Part shown: positions 1 to 8,773 of the stretch, one piece after another | Layout of the letters: each line of letters begins with the position of its first letter | Numbering within the stretch: the first letter of the stretch is position 1 | Assembly (NCBI GenBank): GCA_040218735.1 | Contig: JAVJQW010000058.1 | Coordinates: 82,525 to 146,524 of the forward strand | Length of the DNA stretch: 64,000 bases | Reading direction: 5' to 3' | Source of the DNA: Deltaproteobacteria bacterium | GTDB lineage: Bacteria; Myxococcota; Kuafuiibacteriia; Kuafuiibacteriales; Kuafuiibacteriaceae | The notes under the pieces: model-generated | Seen by the model: only the letters and a program-made list of their open reading frames with translations | What the model was told of the DNA's origin: nothing | Database searches by the model: none | Made by a program: the position numbers and the translations under genes

Positions 1-409
1 GTCCGTCGCGCGCGCGCGCGGCTGCTTGATCAGCGCTAGCTTGATCGGAACGTGATTTCGAAGACTTGCGAGGCCCGTCGCTGATCAGAGAAGCGTAGCG
101 CTCCCAGTTGTGGACCTTAGTTGATCGGGATTCTGGGCTTGTCTGATCAGCTACGTGATCAAGAAAGCCGGCCTCCACGTACGCCGCGAAGAGCTTCCCG
201 TCCTCGCCGCGCCACCGCATCTCCTCCTCGAGCCCCTCGGGCCCGTAGTCGGTGAGGTCGCCGTCCGAGGGCGCGACGTCGCCGGCGAAGGCGAGCAGGT
301 GAGCAGCCCAACCGATCGCCTCCGCTCGGGACACGCCGAGCGCCTCGCGCAGCTTCCGCGTCTTCGCGTGCCGCGGAAGGCTGGTCTCCAATCGAACCCA
401 CCAACCCAC
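1..409 (-). CDS. Phage replication initiator-like protein, N-terminal part (runs off window)
   Basis: My translation from GTG 409: MGWWVRLETSLPRHAKTRKLREALGVSRAEAIGW...GFLD...KVHNWERY, resembling phage replisome-organiser N-termini; not in the ORF track. Confidence 0.6.
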   Translation of the reverse strand, partial: MGWWVRLETSLPRHAKTRKLREALGVSRAEAIGWAAHLLAFAGDVAPSDGDLTDYGPEGLEEEMRWRGEDGKLFAAYVEAGFLDHVADQTSPESRSTKVHNWERYASLISDGPRKSSKSRSDQASADQAAARARDG

Positions 410-412
410 GGT

Positions 413-625
413 TCAGCCCTCCTGAGGCTCCTGAGGCGCCACCACGACCGCTACGGGGAGCGGTTCGACCGGAACGACGAAGCCCATCGCGCGCGCAACG
501 CCAGAAGCGCGATCGGCGCACGTCTGGCACATCCGCGCGGGGCGCTGCCCGGGCCAAGACACGAGGAACTCGGCCGGCTCGATGCAGTCCCCCGCGCTGC
601 ACGCGATGGGCTTCGGAGGCATCAC
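413..625 (-). CDS. Small Cys-rich (putative Zn-binding) phage protein
   Basis: CSAGDC...CQTC; GTGA overlap with upstream gene stop. Confidence 0.5.
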   Translation of the reverse strand: MMPPKPIACSAGDCIEPAEFLVSWPGQRPARMCQTCADRASGVARAMGFVVPVEPLPVAVVVAPQEPQEG

Positions 626-1698
626 GCCGACTTCCCTTCCGACGCACGACGTTCGAAGCCGCCGAGGGTCCCCTCGAGCTGCTTGATCGTGAAGGTCCAC
701 GGACCTTGCTCCCAGCCCTTCGGGAACGGCGGGGCCTTGACGCCCATCTCGCGCATGTCCGCCGCGCAGCGCGCGATCGCCTGCCCGAGCTCGCACTTCT
801 TCAGGAGCGTCCGCGCCTTCGAGATCGACGCCTCCGCCTGCGACGGGGACATCTTCGACGTGTCGGCGAGGTTGGCGCTCCATGCCTTCTTCGCCATCGC
901 CCGCGCGGCGTCCGTGTCGCCCTCGGTGACGTCGGCGAGTGCCTCGATCATCGCGACCTGGATCTCGACGAGCTCGACATGTGGATCACCGGCGTCCGGC
1001 TGCTCGGGCGTCGTGACGGCGCCCTCCTCGGGCTCCTCCACCGGCGTGGGGGTGTCGTCGGGCGGTGCCTCCTCAAGCGACTCGACGACGGCCTGCGCGA
1101 GCTTCGCGTCGTTGTCCTTCGCCCCGTCGTCGACCACGGTGACCGACACGACGTCGACCTCCCCGTCGAGGATGTCCTCGCCGGTGGCCATGCCGTGGAT
1201 TTGCTCCGACCACTCCTGCCGCGCGAGGCGCGACGCGCAGCGGTTCGAGAGCATGATCTCGGGCTCCGTCTTGTACTTGGCATTGCGCTGGGCGTAGCCG
1301 GCGTCGTGCGCGTCCTGGATCGTGAACGTCTTCGCGATCTCCGGACGGCCCTTCCGCTTCGAGCGCCACACCGCGCGCGTTGGCGTGGACTCCACGCACT
1401 CGAAGAACTCGCACTCGGGATGCTGACGAACGAGCGAGACGAGCAGCCACGTGTACCAGGCGGGGCGGCCGTTCACGGTGTAGAGGCCCTCGAACGCCTG
1501 GACCGCGCTGAGTCCGAGCGAACGCCCCCACATCGCGACGACGACCGCCTGCTCGGGCGTCTTGATGTGGGGGAAGATGCCGGACTGAACGATCTCCCGG
1601 CCGAGCTCCTTCAGCTCGGCGAGCGACCCGGGTTCGAAGGCGTACGGGTCGAGGGCTACGGTGCTCCGACGAGCGATTGCTTGCGGCTGCGCAGTCAT
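622..1698 (-). CDS. RecT/Red-beta-like single-strand annealing protein
   Basis: PEQAVVVAMWGRSLGLSAVQAFEGLYTVNGRP and YKTEPEIMLSNRC...ARQ motifs; acidic C-terminal region; YqaJ partner nearby. Confidence 0.7.
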   Translation of the reverse strand: MTAQPQAIARRSTVALDPYAFEPGSLAELKELGREIVQSGIFPHIKTPEQAVVVAMWGRSLGLSAVQAFEGLYTVNGRPAWYTWLLVSLVRQHPECEFFECVESTPTRAVWRSKRKGRPEIAKTFTIQDAHDAGYAQRNAKYKTEPEIMLSNRCASRLARQEWSEQIHGMATGEDILDGEVDVVSVTVVDDGAKDNDAKLAQAVVESLEEAPPDDTPTPVEEPEEGAVTTPEQPDAGDPHVELVEIQVAMIEALADVTEGDTDAARAMAKKAWSANLADTSKMSPSQAEASISKARTLLKKCELGQAIARCAADMREMGVKAPPFPKGWEQGPWTFTIKQLEGTLGGFERRASEGKSA

Positions 1699-1699
1699 G

Positions 1700-2254
1700 T
1701 CAGCGCACCACTTCCAGCGGCGACGGCGGGGGCACGTTCGCCTTCACGTTCTTCGGGTTGCTCTTGCCGCCGGCGTTGGGGCTCGCCGGCTTCTTCACCT
1801 CACCCGGCTCGGGCGGGCCCGCGTCCTTCTTCGGCGTCTCCTTCTTCGGGGGCGCCGCGCCCTTTTTCTTGGGCGGGGGCGACGCGGCGTTGTCGATCTC
1901 GAGCTGGCGCTCGGCGGCGCGCATCGCGCGCGAGCTGATGACCTCCTTCGTGTCGGTGCGGATGACCTCGACCACGTTCCGGTCGAAGCTCATGCGCTCG
2001 ACGCAGATGACCTCGCGCTCCTCGCGGCGCGCGATGAGCACGCGGTGCGCGGCGGCGATCTGCTCGCGGATCTCCTTGACGAGGCCGTTGTAAGTCGAGA
2101 CGGCTTCGGAGCGCTTCGCGATCGTCGCGTCGCATCGCGACATCAGCTCGAGCAGCTCGTCCGTCTTCTGCTGGATCTCCTTGTCGGTGAGGTCGACCGG
2201 GAGGTTCTTGATCACCTCGCGCTCGCGGACGTCTTCTTTGTTGGGTGCGGTCAT
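1700..2254 (-). CDS. Phage hypothetical protein (coiled coil, Lys/Pro-rich tail)
   Basis: ATGA-coupled ORF with GGAG RBS. Confidence 0.7.
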   Translation of the reverse strand: MTAPNKEDVREREVIKNLPVDLTDKEIQQKTDELLELMSRCDATIAKRSEAVSTYNGLVKEIREQIAAAHRVLIARREEREVICVERMSFDRNVVEVIRTDTKEVISSRAMRAAERQLEIDNAASPPPKKKGAAPPKKETPKKDAGPPEPGEVKKPASPNAGGKSNPKNVKANVPPPSPLEVVR

Positions 2255-2526
2255 TCGGTCTCCAGGTGGGCCAAGGGCCCGGTTGAGGCGGGCGCGGCCC
2301 GCGGGGTTCGAAGGGGATCAGCGGGAGCGAGCTCGGGTATCGCGGCGGCCGTGGCGGCCTTCACCTGCTCGTGCAGCCGGGCCCACGCTTGGAGGGGCCG
2401 CTCGAGGTCGGGCGGAAGGTCGATGCGGCCGGTGACCCACGCGGCGTAGATCTCGACGACGACGCCGAACTGCGCGCCGTGCTCTTGCTCCTCGAGGAGA
2501 GCGACCGAGAACGCGGGGGCGTTCAT
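2251..2526 (-). CDS. Phage hypothetical protein
   Basis: Starts MNAPAFSV; ATGA overlaps at both ends. Confidence 0.6.
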   Translation of the reverse strand: MNAPAFSVALLEEQEHGAQFGVVVEIYAAWVTGRIDLPPDLERPLQAWARLHEQVKAATAAAIPELAPADPLRTPRAAPASTGPLAHLETE

Positions 2527-3131
2527 GACCGAACCTCGGCGACCTTGAACTCGCAGGCCCACACCTCGGGGTTGCGGTTCCACACGAGGAAGCGGTTCTT
2601 GCCGTAGATCTCGTTCCAGGCCTTGAGGAACACCGTGCGCGCGTGTTCGTCGCGCTCTGCTTCCAGCGTCCAGGGGTGGTCTGCGACGGTGTAGTCCACA
2701 TCGGGGACGTCGAATCCCTCGGCGATGATGTCGCTCGTCGTGATATCGCGGAGGCGCTGAAGCCGAACCGCGGTCACCTTGAGCGTGATTCGGGAGGCCG
2801 CGCGCGGCATGTGGATCGACGGTCGCCAGCCGAATCCGTTCTCGCGCCAGCACGCCCAGCACGACGACGTGTTCCCGGGTTTGCAGTCGCGGTTGAGGTG
2901 GATCGGATTCCTCGCGAAGGCGTCCGGGTCCGCGTACAGGTCCGCCGCGTACATGAACTCGGAGTGCGGGTAGAAGAAGTGCCCCGGCGCGAACGTCTCG
3001 CGCACCCAGAGTCGATCGCCTGGCTCGCCGAACAGTGTGCGGGGCTGCACGGGGCGGCGCGTCTGCGTCTTCTTGCCGGCGAGGATGGCGCGCACCATCT
3101 CCCCCGAGAAGAGGATCGGACGCTCCTTCAT
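2523..3131 (-). CDS. ASCH/PUA-like phage protein
   Basis: MKERPILFSGEMVRAILAGKKTQTRR, GDRLWVRET, WRPSIHMPRAASRITL, NPEVW signature. Confidence 0.85.
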   Translation of the reverse strand: MKERPILFSGEMVRAILAGKKTQTRRPVQPRTLFGEPGDRLWVRETFAPGHFFYPHSEFMYAADLYADPDAFARNPIHLNRDCKPGNTSSCWACWRENGFGWRPSIHMPRAASRITLKVTAVRLQRLRDITTSDIIAEGFDVPDVDYTVADHPWTLEAERDEHARTVFLKAWNEIYGKNRFLVWNRNPEVWACEFKVAEVRS

Positions 3132-4126
3132 GACCGCACGTCCAGCTGGCGATACGACTCGCCGCGGTGGAACTCTTCGAGCTCCTTCCGCTCCTTCGGA
3201 CCGATGTCGAGGCGACGGCAGAGGTCGTCGACCATGTCCTTGTACGAGGTGCGGCCGCTCAGGTTGCCCCAGCGCACCGACCCGCCTCCGGGCAGCTTGA
3301 AGCCCACGCCGTCGCCGATCGTCTCCTCGATGAGGTGGGCGACCTGGTCCTTCTTCGCCTCGAGGTCTTTGATCTGCCGGTTGAGCTCGGCGTGCCGCTC
3401 GGCGAGCTCGACCTGGCGATCGGTCGGCGTCTCGCTCAGCTTCCCCTTGCCCTCGGGGTGTCGACGTTCGAGCTCGCGACGCCAGCCGCGGGAGCCGTCG
3501 ATCGGCACGGGGAGGCCGCGCTCGATGTGGTCGCGGTACCACTTCTCGGCGCGCTCGAGCAGCGCGAGGCCGATGTCGAGGTTCCTCGGCACGCGGTAGC
3601 CGCGCAGCTCGTGACCGTTCACCGAGACGGCGACGTCGGCGACGTCGACCTCGGGGATCTCGGTGTTGCGCCAGAAGTCGCGGTCGAGGTGAATCGCGGC
3701 GAGCTGGGCCTGCACCTGCGCGGCGACGTTCGGCGCGACTTTGGAGGTGCCGTCCTCGCCCCACCCCTGCGCCTGCAGCGCGCGCCACTCGCGCGACTTC
3801 ACCTCGATCACGTGCGGCTCGGGGACGATGACGAAGTCGAGGGAGTAGCGAAGCCACGGCCGGCCGGGGACGGCGCCGGCGCGGCTCTCCGGCTTGTCGA
3901 GCAGCGCGGGATCGAGACCGAGGCGTCGCTTCGCGAAGACGGCCGCGGTGCCGTACTCGTGCTCGTTGCCGAGGTCGCCAGCGACCTGGAGCCACTCCGG
4001 CGCGTGCGGGCTGAAGCTGTGGACGATCCGGTTCCGCAGGTCGATCGGCGCCCGGTACTTGTCGAGGCCGATGATCGTCGGGATGTCCGAGCAGCCGACG
4101 AGGCTGAGGTCGAGGCTATGCGACAC
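3128..4126 (-). CDS. YqaJ-like (lambda-exonuclease family) recombination nuclease
   Basis: GCSDIPTIIGLDKY, GNEHE, SLDF, IEVK, QVQAQL motifs; GTG start with GGAGGTG RBS. Confidence 0.85.
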   Translation of the reverse strand: MSHSLDLSLVGCSDIPTIIGLDKYRAPIDLRNRIVHSFSPHAPEWLQVAGDLGNEHEYGTAAVFAKRRLGLDPALLDKPESRAGAVPGRPWLRYSLDFVIVPEPHVIEVKSREWRALQAQGWGEDGTSKVAPNVAAQVQAQLAAIHLDRDFWRNTEIPEVDVADVAVSVNGHELRGYRVPRNLDIGLALLERAEKWYRDHIERGLPVPIDGSRGWRRELERRHPEGKGKLSETPTDRQVELAERHAELNRQIKDLEAKKDQVAHLIEETIGDGVGFKLPGGGSVRWGNLSGRTSYKDMVDDLCRRLDIGPKERKELEEFHRGESYRQLDVRS

Positions 4127-5006
4127 GGCGCACCTCCGGCACTTGGTCCCAGGTGCGGCCGTCGAGCTCGCGGCCCGCGGCCTTCTTGCCCAACAGCATC
4201 GTGATGTCCGAATCGCCGGCCGGCGCCCAAGCACCCCACTGCTTGAACAGGAACGCCGTCCCCGCCTCGACGCACTGATCGCGAAGCGATCGCGCCCAGT
4301 CGGGATGCATGGGCCGCGCGCCGGGGCCGCTTTCGCCGCCGCAGATAACCCAATCGAGCACGGCGCCGTTCCACTCGTCGTCCTCGGGATCGACGTCGCA
4401 GTGCAGCGCGTTGTGGCCGTGCACCCCGACGGCCATCGGGCGCACCAGGTCGGTCAGGTTGATCGCCTCGAGCATCGGCTCGACGCTGACGAAGCGGCAC
4501 ACGGCGGGCGTGGCGAGGAGCAGCGGGATGCGTCGGGCCGCGTCGGCCTGCGTTTCGGCGGTGACGCCGAGCCAGACGTGCGGCCAGGGCTCGTCGAACT
4601 GCCCCATTGCTTCGAACCAAGGAAGCATTCGACGGAAGTTCTCCGGGCGCTTTGTGAGCAGCAGCCAGTCGAGGTGGGGCGTCGCGCTGATGAGCAGCCA
4701 CAGGCGCCGCCGATGCTCGATGAGGTCGTCGCGGTCCTCGAACACGTCCGCCATCGACGCGCAGAACACCCGCTCGCGAACTCCGGTGCGCTCCGCGCGC
4801 GCGTTCCACTTCAGCGGCTCGGCCCAACGCTTGTCGCCGAAGAAACGACGCGGCGCCTCGGGGCCCCAGTGCTCGTTTCCGATGCCGTGGACGCGCTTGT
4901 CGAACGTCTCCGCGTAGCAGTTGCGGCACGCCTCCGAGACGCGCGTGCACCCCCACCACGGGTTGAAGGTGTGATCGGTCCACTCGATCTTCGAGAGAGC
5001 GCCCAT
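4116..5006 (-). CDS. Phage Gp37/Gp68 (DUF5131) family protein
   Basis: SKIEWTDHTFNPWWGCTRVSEACRNCYAE, VFCASMADVF, LLTKRPEN, WVICGGESG, FKQWG. Confidence 0.95.
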   Translation of the reverse strand: MGALSKIEWTDHTFNPWWGCTRVSEACRNCYAETFDKRVHGIGNEHWGPEAPRRFFGDKRWAEPLKWNARAERTGVRERVFCASMADVFEDRDDLIEHRRRLWLLISATPHLDWLLLTKRPENFRRMLPWFEAMGQFDEPWPHVWLGVTAETQADAARRIPLLLATPAVCRFVSVEPMLEAINLTDLVRPMAVGVHGHNALHCDVDPEDDEWNGAVLDWVICGGESGPGARPMHPDWARSLRDQCVEAGTAFLFKQWGAWAPAGDSDITMLLGKKAAGRELDGRTWDQVPEVRRVA

Positions 5007-5230
5007 CAGTAGCCCCTTCCCTGCAGATAGAGCTTCGCGGCATCGAGGCACGAGCCGTACGTCTCCACGACGCGCGCGTCGGTCTCGTACCGCTTCACGA
5101 GCTCGGCGGTCTGCGTCGCCGTGCTGACCATCTGCGTGTTCGCGGTGATCTGCAGGCCGAAGGCCCGGACCAACTTCGCGAGCTCCGTCGTCGTCGTCGC
5201 CGCGTGCAGCTGCTCGAGGTAGTCCGTCAC
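5006..5230 (-). CDS. Phage hypothetical protein
   Basis: Coupled ORF with GGAGGTG RBS. Confidence 0.6.
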   Translation of the reverse strand: MTDYLEQLHAATTTTELAKLVRAFGLQITANTQMVSTATQTAELVKRYETDARVVETYGSCLDAAKLYLQGRGY

Positions 5231-5412
5231 CGGGCACCTCCGTCGAAGCCGCGGCGGGCGAACAGGGCCTTGCGAACGTCGCCGAGCGCGCGGACGTACT
5301 TGGACTGCGTCGGCTCCGCGGCGCGCGCGCGCTTCAGCGACGCTTCAAGCTGGCGAAGCTGCGCTTCGGGCCACCATCGGATGAGGTCGAACGTGATCGC
5401 TTCGAGGTTCAT
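5227..5412 (-). CDS. Phage hypothetical protein
   Basis: MNLEAITFDL...; overlaps at both ends. Confidence 0.55.
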   Translation of the reverse strand: MNLEAITFDLIRWWPEAQLRQLEASLKRARAAEPTQSKYVRALGDVRKALFARRGFDGGAR

Positions 5413-5681
5413 GCGTGCTCCCGCCAGCGGCGAACGCCCTGGCTCACTGCCTGTCGAGAGACGCCGACGACCTCGGCGATCCCGGTAAGGGTCCAGCCGC
5501 CGTCCGCGAGGGAAGCCCACGCAAAGTGACGAAGTCGGCTGGGGTACATCGGTTCGAGCGCAGCCGGGCGCGCCGCCGGCGGCACGACGAGGGCGCTTCG
5601 CTCGGCGCCGGACGCGAGCAGCCGGACGCGTCCGGTCGGACGCAGCTCGAGGACGGGATTCGGGAAGCGGTCAGCGGCCAC
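5409..5681 (-). CDS. Small helix-turn-helix DNA-binding protein
   Basis: C-terminal GWTLTGIAEVVGVSRQAVSQ HTH; GTG start with GGAGGTG RBS. Confidence 0.7.
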   Translation of the reverse strand: MAADRFPNPVLELRPTGRVRLLASGAERSALVVPPAARPAALEPMYPSRLRHFAWASLADGGWTLTGIAEVVGVSRQAVSQGVRRWREHA

Positions 5682-6063
5682 GGCGCACCTCCGCGAACAT
5701 CTCGATCCGCACCGTGTACTGGCGCACTGCGCCACGGCGCTGCGCGAACTCGAATCGTAGGTTGGGGTGCGCGTCGTTCGGGTAGCCGATGCAGCGGCAG
5801 ATCTCGTCCTTCACGAACTTGAAGGCGTCGCGGAGGTTGTCGTCGTCGTCGAACGCACGCGGGGCGATCCGCGTGAACCGAAGGAGCACCGGGCCCGGGG
5901 GCGTCGGTCGACCTGCGTCGCGCCACGCCGCGCGCGTCGCGTCCTTGTCGTGGTCCTTCGCCTTCTTCACCAGGGCCCAGTGCGTCTTGGGCCCGAGGTT
6001 GGCGTAGCCGGTGAGGCGATGGTCCCACTCGACCGTCGCCTCCCATGCGATCGTCGTCGTCAC
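5671..6063 (-). CDS. RusA-like Holliday junction resolvase
   Basis: FDDDDNLRDAFKFVKDEI...ND matches the RusA DxDN..K...D pattern; GTGA overlap. Confidence 0.7.
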   Translation of the reverse strand: MTTTIAWEATVEWDHRLTGYANLGPKTHWALVKKAKDHDKDATRAAWRDAGRPTPPGPVLLRFTRIAPRAFDDDDNLRDAFKFVKDEICRCIGYPNDAHPNLRFEFAQRRGAVRQYTVRIEMFAEVRRGR

Positions 6064-6734
6064 GGGGTGGTCTCCTCGCCGAGCTCGTTCCCCCAGTGCG
6101 CCCAGCCTTCGCGGTCGCGCCGAGCGAACAGCTCGAGGTACGGGCCGGGGTTGAGCTTCTCGACCTTCGCGAGCAGCTCGTCCGGCTTGCGTGAATGCTC
6201 CGCGCGCGGCGCGATGATCACGGACGACTCGCCGCGCGCCTCCTTCGCGGCCGTCATCCCGCCGCGGGTGCAGACGAGACAGAGCTCGTGCGCCACGCGG
6301 ACGTACGAACCCATGCCGATCTGCTGAACGATGCGGACGGCGCGCTCGATGATCTTCGTCGCGTCGCCGACCTTCGTGAGGTTGCCGGCGACCTTCCAGA
6401 GCAGCTCGCGCACGAAGCCCGCGTCGATCGTCGGGCGCGCCTTCACCCAGACGATCTGGGACTTCGGCTCGTAGCCCCACGCACGCGCGACGCGGAAGCC
6501 GTCCTCGAGGAACGACGCCGTCACCCACAAGTAGAGCTGCGATCGGTCCGCGCCGAGGACGCCGACCGGAAGCTCGCAGATCTCCGCGACGCTCATGGTC
6601 GGGTAGGGCGGCTTGATCCGCGTCGCCTTGCCCGCGGTGTAGTCCCACGGCGGGTCGGCGACGATCGCGCCGAAGCCCTCGCGGACGAAGGGGAGGGGCT
6701 GCTCGTCGACGAGCTGCTCGGCGGTCAGGGTCAT
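6060..6734 (-). CDS. MT-A70 family N6-adenine methyltransferase
   Basis: IVADPPW, YPTMS, LYLWVT, GMGSYVRVAHE, EHSRKP, LELFAR, WGNE. Confidence 0.95.
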   Translation of the reverse strand: MTLTAEQLVDEQPLPFVREGFGAIVADPPWDYTAGKATRIKPPYPTMSVAEICELPVGVLGADRSQLYLWVTASFLEDGFRVARAWGYEPKSQIVWVKARPTIDAGFVRELLWKVAGNLTKVGDATKIIERAVRIVQQIGMGSYVRVAHELCLVCTRGGMTAAKEARGESSVIIAPRAEHSRKPDELLAKVEKLNPGPYLELFARRDREGWAHWGNELGEETTP

Positions 6735-6973
6735 GAACGACCTCCCAGCGCACCCGCGACGGCGGCGAGCGCTACGGCGAAGAGACCCCGCGGCGACGTG
6801 AGGCCCACGGCGTCGAGCGCCGCGACGACGGTCGCGACCACGAACACGGAGACGATGACGGCCCCGACGCAGACGTGGAGGAGCCACAGCAGGTCGAGCA
6901 CGCGGCGAACCCAGCGCGGCGCCGGCGGACTCAACGCGGGGCGCGCGAACAGATCGCGAAGAGGCTCACGCAT
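6731..6973 (-). CDS. Small phage membrane protein (2 TM)
   Basis: Two hydrophobic stretches; overlaps integrase stop and MTase start. Confidence 0.6.
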   Translation of the reverse strand: MREPLRDLFARPALSPPAPRWVRRVLDLLWLLHVCVGAVIVSVFVVATVVAALDAVGLTSPRGLFAVALAAVAGALGGRS

Positions 6974-8120
6974 CCGCGATCTCCTCGATCAGCGAGCGCG
7001 GTAGCTCGAGAAGGTCGACGGCCCGGATCCGCGCCGCGAAGTCCTCTCCACTGTGGTCGTACCAGCCGAACGCGGACTGCTTGTCGAAGCGCTCAGCCCC
7101 CGTGCAGGTGTGCGTCATGGCCTGCACGAGGTCCTTCGGAGCGCCGGCGAGGCGGAGCTGCGTCACGCCCGTGTGGCGCGCCGAGTACATGTCGCGCTGC
7201 TTGCCCGTGACAGGCGGGATCCCCAGCGCGTCGAGGTTCTTGCGCCAGCGTTCGATCGCGCACCCCTGCATCCAGCGGTGGCGGCCGTCGCGCATGAAGA
7301 TCAGCTCGTCCGATGGGGGAGCCTCCCCGCGCTCGAGCGTGCGCCGCGCGAACGTCGTGTCGAGGATCGCCTTGAAGAGCGGATGGACGGCGACGTCGCG
7401 AGGCTCGCCAGACTTGGTCGGGCCGACGGTCCGGCCCTTCGAGCGCCATGAACGCGCGACGTTGAGCCTGCGAGCCTGCGCGTCGTAGTCGAACCAACGC
7501 GCCTCGAAGAGCTCGCCCGGGCGCAACATCCCGAGCAGCGCTCCTGTGAACAACGCGCGTTCGTCGAAGTCCGGGGTCAGGTAGATGACCCTGGCCACCG
7601 CCTCAGGCGACAGCACCTCGCGGGGTCGCTTCGTTTTGTCCTGCGGTCCCTTCGGCGGCAGAACGCCCCCGGGGAAGTCGCGCCATGGCGAGCGCTCGAT
7701 GGCGCCGGAGTCCTCGCAGAACTTGAAGAACGTCCGCGAGTACACCGCCTGCGTTCGGACGGTGGACCCGGCGCGGCACGACTTCAGCGCCGCGACCCAC
7801 GCCTCGAGGTGGCGCGTGGTGATCTGGTGAACCTTGAACCGCCCGAACTGCGGGATGAGGTGCTGTCGAAGGAAGGAGCGGAAGGCCTCCATCGTCGAGG
7901 GGCGGATATCGCCACGCTTCAGGCGCTCAGCTTCATGGGCGAGCCAGCGACCGGCGGCTTCGGGCAGCTCCCAGATGACAGGGTCGGGGACGGGCTGCAG
8001 GAAGGCTTCGAACGAAGGCGGCGGGGACGAGACACGCACAGCAGATCGATCGCTGGCGGTCTGACAGATCGGGTCAGACTGTGCCTCCAGGTGGAGCGCG
8101 TTGTTGCCGTCCTGTGTCAT
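6966..8120 (-). CDS. int: Tyrosine recombinase / phage integrase
   Basis: SAM-like domain (LIPQFG...ITT), LRPGEL (R), TKSG (K), YSARHT, MTHT, WYDH (Y); GGAGGGG RBS. Confidence 0.92.
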   Translation of the reverse strand: MTQDGNNALHLEAQSDPICQTASDRSAVRVSSPPPSFEAFLQPVPDPVIWELPEAAGRWLAHEAERLKRGDIRPSTMEAFRSFLRQHLIPQFGRFKVHQITTRHLEAWVAALKSCRAGSTVRTQAVYSRTFFKFCEDSGAIERSPWRDFPGGVLPPKGPQDKTKRPREVLSPEAVARVIYLTPDFDERALFTGALLGMLRPGELFEARWFDYDAQARRLNVARSWRSKGRTVGPTKSGEPRDVAVHPLFKAILDTTFARRTLERGEAPPSDELIFMRDGRHRWMQGCAIERWRKNLDALGIPPVTGKQRDMYSARHTGVTQLRLAGAPKDLVQAMTHTCTGAERFDKQSAFGWYDHSGEDFAARIRAVDLLELPRSLIEEIADA

Positions 8121-8242
8121 CAGGGGGACCCCTCCAAACGAGTTCGAATACCGAGCTGCACTGGGTGCAGCGGAAGTGTTGGGAGGGCCCTACGCGGCCT
8201 TCAGGGACGCGAAATCGAGCTGGGGTGACGATGTCGGCGCGA

Positions 8243-8266
8243 CGGGTTCGAATCCCGCCTTCTCCG
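8243..8266 (+). pseudogene. Displaced 3' end of a tRNA (probably Ser); prophage att core
   Basis: CGGG-TTCGAAT-CCCG T-arm plus CTTCTCC-G acceptor 3' strand and G discriminator; upstream sequence does not form D or anticodon arms. Confidence 0.75.
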
Positions 8267-8270
8267 CTCC

Positions 8271-8305
8271 AACGAAAAGGCCGGCTTACGCCGGCCTTTT
8301 TCGTT
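8271..8305 (+). terminator. Intrinsic (bidirectional) terminator
   Basis: AACGAAAAGGCCGGC-TTAC-GCCGGCCTTTTTCGTT. Confidence 0.85.
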
Positions 8306-8707
8306 GGCGCGGCTTCGGCGGTCTTCGGGCGACGGCCTGCTGGTCTTCGACCAACAGGCCTTGCAGCGAATCCGCGACCGCATTCGCCTGGAGGGTGGGT
8401 CTTTCGCCCTGCGTACCCCGGCTCACGCCGGCCTTTTTCGTTGGCGCGGCTTCGGCGGTCTTCGGGCGACGGCCTGCTGGTCTTCGACCCACAGGCCTTG
8501 CAGCGAATCCGCGACCGCATTCGCCTGGAGGGTCTTTCGCCCTGCGTACCCCGGCCTTTTTCGTTGGCGCGGCTCCGGCGGTCTTCGGGCGACGGCCTGC
8601 TGGTCTTCGACCCACAGGCCTTGCAGCGAATCCGCGAACGCATTCGCCTGGAGGGTGGGTCTTTCGCCCTGCGTACCCCGGCTCACGCCGGCCTTTTTCG
8701 TGGCGCC
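8290..8707. repeat. Tandem repeat: 3 copies (about 137/123/137 bp) plus a partial fourth
   Basis: Units start at about 8290, 8427, 8550, 8687; near-identical; several internal hairpins. Confidence 0.95.
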
Positions 8708-8773
8708 GACCACCGCCTAACCCCTGTCGCTGGTTCGGCCGGAGCTGTAAGAGTATTCCGGTGGAGGGATCGC

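Larger units (their letters stand above)
1..8266 (-). mobile_element. Prophage, right end (early/recombination/replication module); continues beyond the left window edge
   Basis: Tyrosine integrase next to a tRNA 3' remnant, then about 13 co-oriented, mostly stop/start-overlapping phage-type genes. Confidence 0.9.

Noticed and set aside
8182-8271. Complete tRNA-Ser or tRNA-Sec gene
   Set aside because: Only the T-arm and acceptor 3' strand fit; no proper D-arm or anticodon stem, and the first T-stem pair mismatches
8290-8707. CRISPR array
   Set aside because: Units are over 120 bp, contiguous, lack unique spacers, and no cas genes are present
8081-8773. N-terminal extension of the 663-aa ORF and other ORFs across the repeat
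   Set aside because: Read-through of att and repeat DNA; RBS and lipobox place the start at 8774
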